Part shown: positions 15,080 to 35,077 of the stretch, piece by piece | Layout of the letters: each line of letters begins with the position of its first letter | Numbering within the stretch: the first letter of the stretch is position 1 | Source of the DNA: the human T2T-CHM13v2.0 reference genome, Homo sapiens | Length of the DNA: 64,000 nt | NCBI RefSeq assembly: GCF_009914755.1 | Contig: NC_060936.1 | Strand: one strand, 5' to 3' | Position numbers and translations under genes: made by a program | Notes under the pieces: generated by a model | Told to the model about the DNA's origin: nothing | Seen by the model: the letters and a program-made list of their open reading frames with translations, nothing else | Databases searched by the model: none

Positions 15080-17175
15080 CACTTCTGCCATATAACTAAA
15101 CCATATTTTGATTGTTTTTATTGTGGTGCTGACTTTTTAAAAAATTGTGTTTACATATAATATAAAGTTTAATATCTTAACCATTTTACAGTCCAGTAGT
15201 GTAAACTGTATTCACAATATTGCACAACCAATCTCCAGAACTTTGTTTTTGTTGAGTTGCAGAATTTTATATATTCTAGATACTAACTCCCTATCACATA
15301 TATGATTTGCAAATGTTCTTTCCCATTCTGTAGGTTGCTTTTTTACTCTGCTGCTTGTGTCCTTGCATTTCCAATAGTTTTTAACACCTTATCCTCAAGG
15401 CTCAGCCTGAAATGAAGAGGAAAGAAGTCACAGATCTTACCATGTCTTTTTTCTTTCCTTTTTATTCCCCCATGATCTGTCCTTCTTCCCTAATAAACAG
15501 TAGCCTTCCTACGTTACAGCCTGTATTCTTCTTCTTCCTGTGATCTCTAGAGTAACTGAAGTTCAGACCTTCAATCTTTTAGGAGCTTGAAAATGTACAA
15601 ATCTTTTCTCTCTCAACAAACCTTGCCTCTCAAAAGCCCACTTTGACAAGAGTCCTAAATGCATTTGTGCAATACATAGCTTGTTCTGAGATTACTTTGA
15701 ACACTGCAACTCTTCAGTTCATTAGGTTGAAAATCTCAAGACATCATGATTTAAAGAAGGGGAAGATATATCACTTTACTATTTTAAATGCATATTTTTT
15801 ACACATTCCAACTTGAAGAAAAACTGCTAAATATATTGTTTCCTTCTCACATACATTCTTTGAATACTACTTGTGTCAAATATTACCTTGTGTTTTGAGA
15901 GACTATAATGACTCTCCTTCTAAGCAAGTGCTGACACCTTGGATGACATTCAAATCCAATATTACACAATTGACTTCCAGTAATTGCTTCTCTGGCACTT
16001 TTTTCACAGATAAGTGTTGAGTAGTATCCATTGTCTTATAGCCACCCTGAGATCTTCAATGAAGCTATTTTATGGTTTAAAAAAAAATCTTTTGTCTTAT
16101 TAGAATTTTAACTTGCTTTTTCTAATATTACAATTGCAATGACATGTTTTCTTGTTTAGCAGTACAATTTTACCATGGGATTTCTGGAAGAAGCCTACTC
16201 TTTGTACTAGAAGTCTGGCTCTTAAGATCAGAAATACTAACAGTGTCAAGTAGAAAATTATGACATACAATCATAGAGGTTTGCTATTCTAAATATTCTA
16301 CATGAAGAATTTCTTTATGCAATGACTTGGTAGTGTAGTTTCAATGTGTACATGACTCAATAAAGTATGTCCCTAGAATTTAGGTCCAGTCTCAGGTGGG
16401 CATGGAGAAGGAGCAGTTAGTGAGTCAGTGACCACCAGGGCCAGCCATAAGAGTAGGGAGAGAGGAAGGAAATGAGGACTTCTTTAAATTCGGAGTTTAA
16501 TATCAGCTTAAAGATCTGAAATAACATCCTGCCTATACCTCTATCAGACAGAGGTTTTAAACCATGAGAAATATTTTGTGGTTAGTATAAAAACACTTTC
16601 TGGAAATTACCTAATATCATTATTCTGATACTTAGAGTGGCAGTTTTTAAAAGAGGATAAGCTGCCTGTAAGTACTAAGTTTCTTGTCACAGGAAGTATT
16701 CACATAGAGTGAGCAAAACAAAAGTTTTGCTTTTAAGAATGGAAATATATTCAATAGTCAGGAAGTTATCTTGTTTCACTTATATTTTTTCACCTCCTCA
16801 TTTTTATAACTTCAAAAATGCATATATCAAAGTACATCAGTTTCCACAAGGAGTATCAGCAAGACATTACTTTGTATTTAGCCAGTAAAAGGCAGCCAGA
16901 AGATTTTTTTCCCACATCTGCTGAACAGTTACAATAATTTCTATTTTAGCAGTTTCCAATGACATAAAGGAGAACAGAAACCAATGTGCATCTTCCTTTG
17001 AAAAGAATTACAGATGTCCTAAATGCCATTGACTCAAGGGAATTTCAGGTGCTCTTGGAACCCTCCAACCTCATCCATGTGCCTCCCTCAACTCTCAGGC
17101 AGCCACCTCCCTTGCATATCCCTGGAGTGGCATCATTAATATCTTGCTCTTACTGTTTTTTGGGACATATGACAG

Positions 17176-17946
<771 letters not shown>

Positions 17947-18273
17947 ATTCTTCCCTTTGGTCATTCTCTCAGTTGAACTGAGTGTGACCAATTATTCGCC
18001 ATTACCTCAGTATTTACATGTTTTCTTTCTGTAGACATCTGTTGGTTACAAACTAGAATCTTGATAGGCTCTTTTGATGATTCTTGTTCTTGTAGTGTTT
18101 TCATTCAGTCTTCATGGAGATCATCTGCTGAGTTAGTGGCTGCTGACAAGCATTTAAAACTCTTGAAAGATGACAGCACAGAAGGATATTATGACTATAA
18201 ATCATAGGAGGATAATGGCAAGCCTTTAAAAATATCCCAAATCCAAGGTCCCCAATAGCCAAGATTTAACAAA

Positions 18274-18400
18274 TTAGATCAGTTGATTGTCCTTCCCCAA
18301 TCTGGTGAATATCTGGATCTGATCTTTTAGATCTTTAAGATTTTGGGCTACAATTCCTGGCTTATTAATGTGTAAACAGCATTTTTTTTCTAATACGGCA
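18274..18400 (-). pseudogene. Retroviral env transmembrane-subunit remnant
   Basis: Peptide AVLEKKCCLHINKPGIVAQNLKDLKDQIQI matches the region after the gamma-type TM CX6CC motif (..CCxYIN.SG.V...L..L...I); it lies ~350-450 bp upstream of the PPT. Confidence 0.7.
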
Positions 18401-20504
18401 GTTTCAATATAATAGATTTTCCTGGTTTGCAGTTTGAATGTCTCTGGTGATGCCATTGGGCATTCTGGTTAACTTTCTGCATGGCCCACACAGCAGGCAA
18501 AAAGGTTGTCAACATATGAGCTGCTGTGGTGATTTCTCTGAAATGCATATCAAGTCATCCAGCCCCAGCTTGTGGACCTGCAAGGCTAGGAACAACCCTA
18601 GTAGTATGATTTTAAAGCTATCAGAAACCTGTCAGAATTTTGCAATTTTGTAACATAGCTACTTGCAAAAACTTCTAGAAAAACCATCAGAGTAAAAAAA
18701 TAACTATTTTTGAATGACAAAATACTTAAAATGACCACAGTTAAAGATGATGATAAGCATTTATATAAATGAAATTGATGAGGAAATATGGTTATTTCTG
18801 TGACATATAACATTTTAAGGTAATAACCAGGATTATAACTGATTATACAGACAATAAGAAAATTAAAAAATTTCTAACAACTCTATATAATTTTTGGAAT
18901 ACCTATATCCACATAAATATAATCTAAAGAAGGTTTATCATCACTTCTTATTTAACAATGCTTCCCATACAATTTAACATACCAAATAAACCTAATTATT
19001 TTAACATCTCTTTCTGATAAGACTAGATATTAATCCTTTGTGTTTCTCCAGCAGCCCTCTGGAAAATCTCAAAATTAGGTTGAGGTCAAGCAGATTGTAT
19101 TTAAGATTTGGTTTGGGGAAGGTGAAATAGTCAAAAATGTCAAAAGATTTTAAACACTTGATTAAATGGGACACTTGAAACAATACTTAGTTATCCCTGT
19201 AACCAAAATAAGAATTAATGATTTCAAAGACAAATACAGAAAGTTATATAGTTGACAAAAACCTCAGCTCTTTTAACAGAGAAGTCTGTTTTCTTAAGTT
19301 GTCAGACATGATCAAGACAACATGAAGCAAAGGAAAGTATTTTGATAAGACCAAAATCCTTTTGTTTTTAGGCAAATCACTTAGGAGGTAAAGAGAAACC
19401 TTTCATAGTCACTTACCAGGAATACACCAATAACCTAAGAAAGCTTTGTTCTTTTAACAAAAATAAGACCAAAATCTAATTTTGTCTCAACATACTTTTG
19501 ATACTAAGCCTCATTTTTAAACCATTATAATAAATTCATTTCATTTCAGCCAGCCTAACTACATAAGATTATCTCTCTTCATATTATCTCTTTCTCTTTC
19601 TCTCTCTCCCCCCACCCCAATTTCTATGTCCATTTAGTTTTTGTCCTTCATTTCCCTCTTTTTCATTTGAAACAAGCTTTAAACTCTAAAATAGAACAAT
19701 AATTTTCTTTTTCTCAGCAAAAAACACATCCTTATACTTTATAACTTATCTTACCAAAAATAAACCTTACTTTCCTTGTCTAATTTATATTAATTCGTTT
19801 TTCTTATTATTTCTAGTGTCCTTAATTACATATATTAATTAATTCTTAGCTCTTAGTAAACTTAATTTTCAGCAAAAATGAGGAAGTATGCCATTTCATA
19901 ACTATGAGAAAGCATCGTACAATTTTTAAATGTAGCACGTTTACTTACAAACTCAAATATCTTTAGTGTCTGTAATAAGAAGCTGCAGAGTAGGCAAAAT
20001 TTTATTTCTATCCTCTTAGAGTTTTCAGCTGAGACTGAGAAACAAATTTTTGTTTGTACAGATTTCCCTTTGCCTCAACTTTGCATTCTTGACAAGAATG
20101 TTACTTCCCTTCTTATAAGGGGAGAACATCTTTCATGTGGAAATTTTATCTTCTGCTTTTAAGAATTAGAAGGGAGAGGTTCCAAGATGGCCAAATAGAA
20201 ACAACTCCAGTCTATAGCTCCCAGTGTGAGCGATGCAGAAGATGGGTGATTTCTGCCTTTTCAACTGAGGTACCGGGTTCATCTCACTGGGGCTTGTCAA
20301 ACAGTGGGTGCAGGACAATGGATGCAGCCCACGGAGTGTAAGCCAAAGCAGGGCGGGCATCGCCTCACCCAGGAAGTGCAAGGGGTCAGGGAATTCCTTT
20401 TCCTGGCCAAGGGAAGCTGTGACAGATGGTACCTGGAAAATCGGGACACTCCCACTCTAATACTGTGCTTTTCCAATGGTCTTAGCAAATGGCACACCAG
20501 GAGA

Positions 20505-20627
20505 TTATATCCCGCACCTGGCTGGCTGGGAGGGTCCCACGCCCACAGAGCCTCGCTCACTGCTAGCACAGCAGTCTAAGATCGAACTGCAAGGTGGCAG
20601 CAAGGCTGGGGGATGGGCGTCCACCAT
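20505..20627 (-). pseudogene. L1 antisense ORF0, frameshifted
   Basis: MVDAHPPALLPPCSSILDCCASSERGSVGVGPSQP resembles the ORF0 N-terminus; the continuation PGAGYNLLV...IRVGVSRFSR is in another frame (ORF 20297-20569). Confidence 0.75.
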
Positions 20628-21202
20628 TGCTGAGGCTTGAGTAGGTAAACAAAGCAGCTGGGAAGCTCGAACTGGGTGGAGCCCACCACAGCTCCAGGAG
20701 GCCTGCCTGCCTCTGTAGACACCACCTCTGGGGGCAGGGCATAGCTGAACAAAAGGCAGCAGAAACTTCTGCAGGCTTAAATGTCTCTGTCTGACAGCTT
20801 TGAAGAGACTAGTGGTTCTCCTAGCACAGAGTTTGAGATCTGAGAATGGATAGACTGCCTCCTCAAGTGGGTCCCTGACCCTCAAGTAGCCTAACCGGGA
20901 GGCACCTCCCAGTAGGGGCCAACTGACACCTCATACACCTGGGTGCCCCTCTAAGACGAAGCTTCCAGAGGAAGGATCAGGAAGCAACATTTGCCGTTCC
21001 ACAATATTTGTTGTTCTGCAGCCTCCGCTGGTGATACCCAGGCAAACAGGGTCTGGAGTGGAACTCCAGCAAACTCCAACAGACCTGCAGGTGAGGGTCC
21101 TGACTGTTAGAAGGAAAACTAACAAACAGAAAGGACATCGACACCAAAATCCCATCTGTACATCACCGTCATCAAAGACCAAATGTAGATAAAACCACAA
21201 AG

Positions 21203-22224
21203 ATGGGGAGAAGCCAGAGCAGAAAAGCTGAAAATTCTAAAAATCACAGCGCCTCTTCTCCACCAAAGGAATGCAGCTCCTCACAAACAATGGAACAAAG
21301 CTGGATGGAGAATGACATTGACGAGTTGAGAGAAGAAGGCTTCAGACAATCGGGAATAACAAACTTCTCCGAGCTAAAGGAGGATGTTTGAACCCATTGC
21401 AAAGAAGCTAAAAACCTTGAAAAAAGATTAGACGAATGGCTAACGAGAATAAGCAGCATACAGAAGACCTTAAATGACCTAATGGAGCTGAAAACCATGG
21501 CATGAGAACTATGTGACGCATGCACAAGCTTCAGTAGCCAATTCGATCAAGTGGAAGAAAGGGTATCAGTGATTGAAGATCAAATGAAGCGAGAAGAGAA
21601 GTTTAGAGAAAAAAGAGTAAAAAGAAACGAACAAAGCCTCCAAGAAATATGGGACTATGTGAAAAGACCAAATCTACTTCTGATTGGTGCACCTGAAAGT
21701 GACAGGGAGAATAGAACCAAGTTGGAAAACACTCTTCAGGATATTATCCAGGAGAACCTAGTAAAGCAGGCCTAGTAAAGCAGGCCAACATTCAAATTCA
21801 GGAAATACAGAGAACACCACAAAGATACTCCTCGAGAAGAGCAAATCCAAGACACATAATTATCAGATTAACCAAGGTTGAAACAAAGGAAAAAATGTTA
21901 AAGGCAGCTAGAGAGAAAGGTCGGGTTACCCACAAAGGGAAGCCCATCAGACTAACAGCGGATCTCTCAGCAGAAACTCTACAAGCCAGAAGAGAGTGGG
22001 GACCAATATTCAACATTCTTAAAGAAAAGAATTTTCAACCCAGAATTTCATATCCAGCCCAACTAAGCTTCATAAGTGAAGGAGAAATAAAATACTTTAC
22101 AGACAAGCAAATGCTGAGAGATTTTGTCACCATCAGGCCTGCCCTAAAAGAACTCCTGAAGGAAGCACTAAACATGGAAAGGAACAACTGGTACCAGCCA
22201 CTGGAAAAACATGCCAAATTGTAA
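21203..22224 (+). pseudogene. L1 ORF1p, disrupted
   Basis: Fragments MGRSQSRKAENSK..., ...EQSLQEIWDYVKRPNL..., ...REWGPIFNILKEKNFQPRISYPA...HAKL*, separated by stops and frameshifts. Confidence 0.93.
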
Positions 22225-22287
22225 AGACCATTGATGCTACGAAGAAACTGCATCAACTAATGAGCAAAATAACCAGCTAACATCATG

Positions 22288-26046
<3,759 letters not shown>

Positions 26047-27782
26047 ACAATGAGAACACTTGGACACAGGGTGGGGACATCACACACTGGGGACTGTCAT
26101 GGGGTGGGGGGATTGGGGGATGGATAGCATTAGGAGATATACCTAATATAAATGACGAGTTAATGGGTGCAGCACACCAGCATGGCACAACTATACATAT
26201 GTAACAAAACTGCACGTTGTGCACATGTACCCTAGAACTTAAAATATAATAATAAAAAAAAGAAATAGAAGGCAAATCAGAGTGTTTTTGTTTTTACATA
26301 TGTTATTTTTCACGTGCCTTTGATTCAAAATAGTTAATATGCCAGTGCAGCATATTTTGGGGATGGTGTATTCTGAACTCCTTCAAAGCCAAAAGTAAAT
26401 AAACTATGTTTAGCAATTAATGTTTTTATATTTTATATTATTTGGAAATGATCTGGATAGTGAATGAATATCCATCATTTCACTTAATATAACTTCAGAG
26501 GTATAAGTTACTGAAAACATTTGGGTAACTATTTTTAAGTAGATATAATTACTGTTGAAAATTTTATTTATATACTTTTATTTTACTTACATCTATTTAT
26601 TTGTTTTTAACAATTATCCTTGCTCAATATTTATGAGATATTAAACAGCTAGCCATCATATTAAGTTATTTTTCTTACTGGCAAGTTCTTAACAGGAATC
26701 ATAGGAGCTTACGTTGCTTGTAAACACAGGTAGAAAAAGTTGCATGTCTGTATTATATTTAATGCAGAAACACTGAAGTCATAGCTGGTGTTTTTCTCAT
26801 TTTTTGCTTTTGGTTTCATCATTAAAGATGATCCAGTAAACATTAATATACCATGAGGCTCCAGTTAAGAATGTCAACAGTGGTGTGAGTACAGAACAGA
26901 GAATGTGGCATGGCAAACTCAATAAAGGATTCATTTCAGTTTGTACCACAATGAGGAAGTTCTTATTGCTGCCAACAGTTGGGCTATAAGCCTTCATCTC
27001 ATTCTTGCATCTAAGGAGACAGTAGCTGCTGGGAAGAACAGAAATATAAGACAAATTTCCCAAGTGCCAGAGAGAAGCACTAAACTACAGTATTGACATC
27101 ATGCCACCATCTTGGCTTCCCTTGAAAGCAAGAAGCCTAGATTTATTAGTGCAAGTTGGGGTGAAGCAAAGTCTTCCATAGAAATCAACTGACAAAGACT
27201 TAGTATTTATATTTGTACTTAAATACATATATTAATAAAGATTAGGGCTTGGTAATAAGGCCTTGATTCAAGAGGTAGCCATCCCGATATTCTGTGACAC
27301 ACTTGAGAGGAAACCTAGAAATAGGAAGAAGAATCTGAATCAGACCAGAACCAGTTTCCTTGCTCATTGATTAGAGGTTACCAACAGCTCCTTAACAAGG
27401 AGTGGCTAGAAACATGTATCTCTTTATGTCCTTTATGGCTAATCCTCTTATTATGGCAATACAGGTTCAGCTGCTCTCAAGAGCTCTTTCTGTAAAAAGT
27501 TCTTGTAAACATATGACATAAAAGAAGAATGTGTTATGACTTTTGGAAACCAGGGTTGGATTAATTCTACGCACTCGTCTGTCAAGATTCTTACGGCAAA
27601 ACAGAAGTAGCATTCTTTAAAGAAACAGTCCTAATAAGACTTAATTAGGAAAACTGAAAGTATTTTAGGGTACTATGTACTCATACAAAGAAGTAATAGT
27701 AATAACCAACACTTACATAGCACTTAATATGTGGCAGTCACTGTCATATATGGCTAGTATACTTTATACTTATAAAGTGCTA

Positions 27783-28463
27783 CAGGTTGAGCATCCCTAA
27801 TCTGAAAATCCAAAATCCAAAATGCTCTAAAATCTGAAACTTTCTGAAAACTGACATGACACCACAAGTGAAAAATTCTACACCTGACTTCATGTAATGG
27901 GTCAAAACAAAATTGTGTTTTGACCGGGCATGGTAGTTCACACCTGTAATCCCAGCACTTTGGGAGGCTGAGGTGGGTGGATTGCTCGAGCTCAGGAGCT
28001 TGAGACCAGTCTGGGCAACATGGCAAAATCCTGTCTCTACCAAAAACGCAAAAAAATCAGTTAGGCATGGTGGCGCATGCCTGTAGTCCCAAACTGAGGA
28101 GGCTAAGGTGAGAGGATCGCTGGAGCTGGGGAAGTTGAGGCTGCAGTGAGCCATGATCGCACCACTGCAACTCCAGCCTGGGTGGCAGAGTGAGACCCTG
28201 TCTCAAAAACAAAGAATAAAAATAAAAATAAAAAAATAAAACTTTGTTTTTGTGCACAAAATTATTTTTAAATATTTTATAAAATTATCTTCAGGCTGTA
28301 CATATAAGGTGTATATGAAACATACATGAATTTTATGTTTAGACTTGGGTTCCATCCCCAAAATATCTCTTAATGTATATGCAAATATCTCAAAATCCAA
28401 AAATAATCCCAAATCTGAAACACATCTGGTCCCAAGCATTTCAGGTAAGGGATAGTCACCGTG
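27783..28463. mobile_element. Tigger4 (MER46/Zombi-like) non-autonomous DNA transposon inside a MIR
   Basis: TA flanks; degenerate TIRs caggttgagcatccct / agggatagtcaccgtg; MIR-like flanks at ~27700-27780, 28466-28512 and 28830-28915. Confidence 0.8.
27922..28240 (+). mobile_element. Alu (AluJ) nested in Tigger4
   Basis: Full dimer with (AAAAAT)n tail. Confidence 0.93.
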
Positions 28464-28513
28464 TACTATAATTGTCCCGTTTTACAAATGAGGAAATTTA
28501 GTCACAGAGATAC

Positions 28514-28818
28514 TGTGATGGGTATTTATGAGTTTTATAAGTCAACTAAGCTAGGCTATAGTACCTAGCTATTCAATCAAATGCCAGTCTAGGTGTTCCT
28601 AAGAAGGTATTTTGTAGATGTGCTTAAACATCTGTAATCAGTTGACATTAAGAAAATCATTCTCCGTAATGTGAGTGGACCTTATCCAATCAGTTGAGAT
28701 TTTCCTGAGGAAGAAGACATTTTGCCTGTGGGTTGCATTACAGGCCTGCCAGGCTGTCCTACAGATTTTGGACTACACACACGTCCTACCTTTCTGTTTC
28801 TCTGCTACAACCTTGACC
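28514..28818 (+). mobile_element. MLT2-type (ERVL) LTR
   Basis: tgtgatgg..gtcaact..ctaggctatagtacc..tctaggtgtt..gaaggtattttgtagatgtg..ccaatcagttga. Confidence 0.75.
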
Positions 28819-29301
28819 TCTAGAGACATTAAGTATCTTGGAAGTAGCTTGTTCCCAGGCACACTGCCAGTAAGTGGTAGAACCAGTACAAGGACCTGAG
28901 CAGGCTGGGCCTTGAACCAAAGACTTACCCCACCACCACCACACTACCCCTCCTATGAATTCCAGTCATTAGCAGTCTAATTAAAAATTCAAGACGTGGC
29001 CCTGTGGGAAAAAGCAAAGAGAAAGAAAAACAAAACACACATGAATGCAAATAAGTCCAGTATAAAAGAGTTCACTGTGTGTAGGGATATGCAGAATATG
29101 GAGAATAGCACCAGTCCTTACAGAATATATTTTTGAGTTCTGTTAAGAAGTCAAAATGAAGAATTTGTATTTGCTTGGAAGAAAAGGAAAAGAGCATCTC
29201 CAGAGGAGTGCATGACACAGGCAAAAGCCCAAAGCAAATTCTGTAGAATCTGGCTATGGCAACCCGCCAGAATGAAAGTTAATGAGCAAAAAGCATGAAA
29301 T

Positions 29302-29709
29302 CTGTATTAGTTCCCAATAGCTGCATAGCCGACTGAGGGCTGGAATCAGCTGAAATTCACTCTCTCACGTCTGACAGCAAGGCTGCTGTGTGCTGAGACC
29401 GTCGCTGGGGCTGACAGCCGCTTTATGTGTTCTCTTCACATAAGCCAGCTTGAGCTTCTTGAAAACATGATGGATAGCTTTCCAAGGTGAGTGTGGAGAG
29501 AGAGAGAGAGAGAGAAACTGACTCTATTATCTACTAGGACCTAGCCTCAGAAGTTGTGCAACATTTCTTTCCTTTATTTTCTGTTCTATTTTCAATTTCA
29601 AGTGGAAGTGCCCTATTCCACTTCTTGGTAGGCAAAGGTGACGTTCTTGAAAACTATGTGGGGCTGAAAATATCGTGTTGTCAATTTTGGAAAAAACAGT
29701 CTGCCGCAC
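29302..29709 (-). mobile_element. MLT1-type MaLR LTR, degenerate
   Basis: tgtattagtt... start and ...tttggaaaaaacagtctgccgca end. Confidence 0.55.
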
Positions 29710-30235
29710 AATAAATCATGGGAGATTAGTCTGTTGTGAGCTAGGCCAGTATCTCCTTTAAACGCTTGTTGATAGAGACTTGGTGGGGAGATGGATGTAT
29801 CACCCTCCAGCTGCTCACAGTTCCGTCACACTCTGCAAACAGTGATCTGGGCTTTGAAACCAAACCGTTGCATTTCACACCTAAACCTCAGAGATATGTG
29901 AAATGAGTATAGACACTGTCTGTGTTTTGTTATATCACAAGTTGGGGAGAGAATGCTCAGAGCTGAGTGAGCGAGCTCAGCCTGGGTGGCCAATACTCCG
30001 CTTGTGGCATTTGCTGGAATTAGAGCTAGGACGAGGCAGGTAAGGTCGTTTTCATTCAACCTAGAAAATGACTTTGGTTCAAAGCAGTAGCATGAACAGA
30101 ATCTGAATGCACATGTTGACTATTCTTTCTGTCGGTGGCACATTAGCCCGGAGTTTCTGCTCTCCTAAGGTGGTGCCATGATGGAAAGTGCTATCACTAC
30201 CCTGGCTCAAATGAGGCTTAGAAAGACAAGAAACT

Positions 30236-30558
<323 letters not shown>

Positions 30559-31934
30559 CTAAGGACATATCATTTTGCTCTGATTTGGAGCTGTTGTCTA
30601 TCATTCACAGTTTCCCCTAAATGCGGCTTCTATGCTTTAACGCTAATTGAATCTTGGCTAGCTGAGTCATTCCATTTTGCATCTGTATACTTGTATTACC
30701 TTGCTTCTAGAAAGACTGTGGTGAAATACTCACTTGGAGTCTGACTTCTCTGACTGGAGAAACTGGTATTTCCAGGTATTTTCCTACAGCAATAAACACA
30801 TTCTTCCCATCTATTGCTGTGCCAATCTATTTTTTCAATGCCAGTACCAAGCCACACTGAGTGATTCATCTATTTTGTCAATGACTTCTATCCGTTGCTA
30901 GTGTCCTAGTAATCTAATAGCAAGCATATGGGAGTTTCAAGAAACTAGGTAACAAGATAGAGCTGAAAGGGAAAAAACATATAAACGAACTTTGAAACAG
31001 ATAAAACACCACTATTAAAATAATTATACACATATATATCCATACAAATATATATATAACTTTTTACTCTTTTGTAGATTTGTAGAAATATTTATTAAAC
31101 AGTTAAAACATGAGGGATATCCAACCAAATACCAATCTAGGTGTTGCTGTGAAGATATTTTGTAGATGTGCAGTGATGAACAAGAGACACATTATTGCTA
31201 CCGTACAGTGTTTGAAACAGAGGAAACCGGGACACTGGGAGAGAGTGGAAGATGCTGAGGTCAGAGAAGGAGTCAGGGGCTAATTCCTATAGGATCTTGC
31301 AGGATTTTAATTTCAGTCTAAATGTAATGAGAAAACACGGGGTGGTGGGGTTAATAGAGGGGGCTTGATCTGGGGAGCTCTATTATCTAGATGTTTCTAT
31401 ACAATTGTATCTGCTTTGTTGTGGACTTTTTAAAAACTTTTCTCTATAGTCAATGTGTGATAAAATTTTAAGATTTCTCATGGTCTTTGGACACTTAAAC
31501 CTCAGACCGGTTTTGGAATATCCTTCCCTAAAAATTTTAACAAGGGACAAATTTAATAGAGAGACGACTGATCTGGGTGACCTCCTGAACCCCCTCCCAA
31601 CATGTAATTCTGTATGTTGTGTTTTGGAAAGCTTCCATTTGTGCGATGCCTAGCATCTAATCTCAAAACTGTTCCCTGCAGTTGATAAGTGGTGTTTTTC
31701 ATGCTCTTAAGTGGGAAATAGACCTCCATTTCGGGCCTAGCGTCTATACAGAAGCATAAGCCATAAAGACTTGCATTTTAACAGTTGATGCACTAAATAA
31801 ATCTCTTATTCATGTTCCATTTTACTTGTTTGTCATTCATCTTATAATGAATTGTGTTAAATGCTTTGTCAGTTAAACTTCCCTAACTTGTTTTTCTTAT
31901 TTCTTAAGCTTTTTCGAAAATGTTCAGTGCCTAT

Positions 31935-32290
<356 letters not shown>

Positions 32291-33305
32291 TGACCAGGAG
32301 CAAAAAGATTGTTTGAAACGCTCATTATATACATTAGCATACACGTGGTTTAAAATATAAAAGATACTTAGTTCTCCATAATCTAGGATTCTAGAAAGCT
32401 AGTTTACAATGAATAATGTATCTGGAAGAGGGTGGCTATTAGAACCTCTGGGGCTTTGCCATTTCAAATGAGAAAATATATTCTGTTCATAAGTGCATGG
32501 CATTTTCAGTGGTTGCAGAGACACCAATAACTAAGCACATTTGATTATAATATTAACAAAAAATTAGGCAGGGAACTTAGCAGTTTTTAATAAATTTAAT
32601 ACATTCAGAACTGGTAGGATAGAATAAGTATTCCTGAAGTGGTCTATAAAGTTTGAAATGGACTCCTTTCTAATCCTTCTTTGATTCTGACCTGAAAGTA
32701 GAATTGAAATTATGCTTGCAAGATTCCCACAGCTGTGTGGCTCTTTAGAACCAAGCCAAGTATAGAAAGAATCCAAGGGAAGTTTAAGCCGGCTTCTCTC
32801 TGTGTCACGTAACCAAAATCAAATCTTTCCCGAGGCAACAAACTACAATACATTATCTATTCTAGGATGGTTAAAAAAACAAATAAATAATAAAGCAAGA
32901 TGTGATAATTTTAGTTAATAATGTACATCATTGTTCTTACTCAGTTCTCTGTGGAGGATCTCATAACCTAGGGAAAGAAACAGGAAGCAATTAACTACAA
33001 TGGAGTCAGATACTTGAGGTAACAGAATAACATATGGGAAGCAAAGTAGACATGGATCCCAATTTTGCTTCTTCTAGTTTCAGTCCTTTCACTGATGTGC
33101 AGAAGGTCACTGTATCCAAGATAGAGCCTCCTGAAACACAGTACAGGTAGACGTATAGCAAACTGAAGGCCCCAAAGATTAATTGGCGTAAAAATGGGTA
33201 TTTTTAGATAGATAGTATGCATCTATATGGGTTATCTGGTGAATCATGGAATTGCCCCCCCAATTTTTTAGACATTGACTTGAGGCTTTATAAAGGAGGA
33301 ATTCT

Positions 33306-33607
<302 letters not shown>

Positions 33608-34353
33608 TAAAGGAGCAATTCTATGAATAGTCATTTAGAAAGTGGCCATTCAGCCACTTTTGGAGATATAGGACCCTGTGGCTGAGCACAGATAGATCCT
33701 AGTTGGCAAACAAGGTTTTTCAACATCTGCCCGTTGGGCCACCTGAGAGTCCACCATGGCTGCAACCAGAGGCCTGCTTTCTAATTGGAGCCTCTCACCT
33801 TGGCAAAGAGTCCAGAGGTTATCCTTTCCCCACATCCTGGGAACTGGGCCATATTGAGGCTAAGAATACCTTTCTTCCTATGTGTAAAGCCTCTCATTGT
33901 TTGTATCTCTCTCTAATGGCCGTGTTCTGTGCACTGTATACTAACCAGCTGCAGCCAGGGAGAGAGAAAGGGGTCAGCTAAGGGTGGCAAGAATCCTCAC
34001 TCTTCAATCGTCACCTCATCAATTGTCTAATAGAACAGCTGGGTGGTATTCTTATTTGTTTGACCTGGAAATTTAAATCCTTGAAGACCAGATTGGACAG
34101 AATACTTTTAATAGTTCACTAAAATTATACATCCTTACATTTATGAACTCCAGCCATTTACGAAGCACGTTCTTTTTTTTTTTTTTTTTTTTTTTTTAGC
34201 AAAAAGGGCTCTTAGAGGACTTCTAGGCCAACCTCTTAATTTTCTGAATGGGAAAAATATAGCTTAAGGAATAAACTGGCTTGCCCAAGGACACATAGAT
34301 TTGACAAAAGTCATATATTCAAGTATTTGAAAATTATTTATTTATTGAGTACC

Positions 34354-35066
<713 letters not shown>

Positions 35067-35077
35067 GTACCTATAAC

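Noticed and set aside
15400-15445. Strong minus-strand acceptor-like tract (cttctttcctcttcatttcag) and a nearby donor-like ATG|GTAAGA
   Set aside because: No convincing partner sites or reading frame; such motifs are expected by chance.
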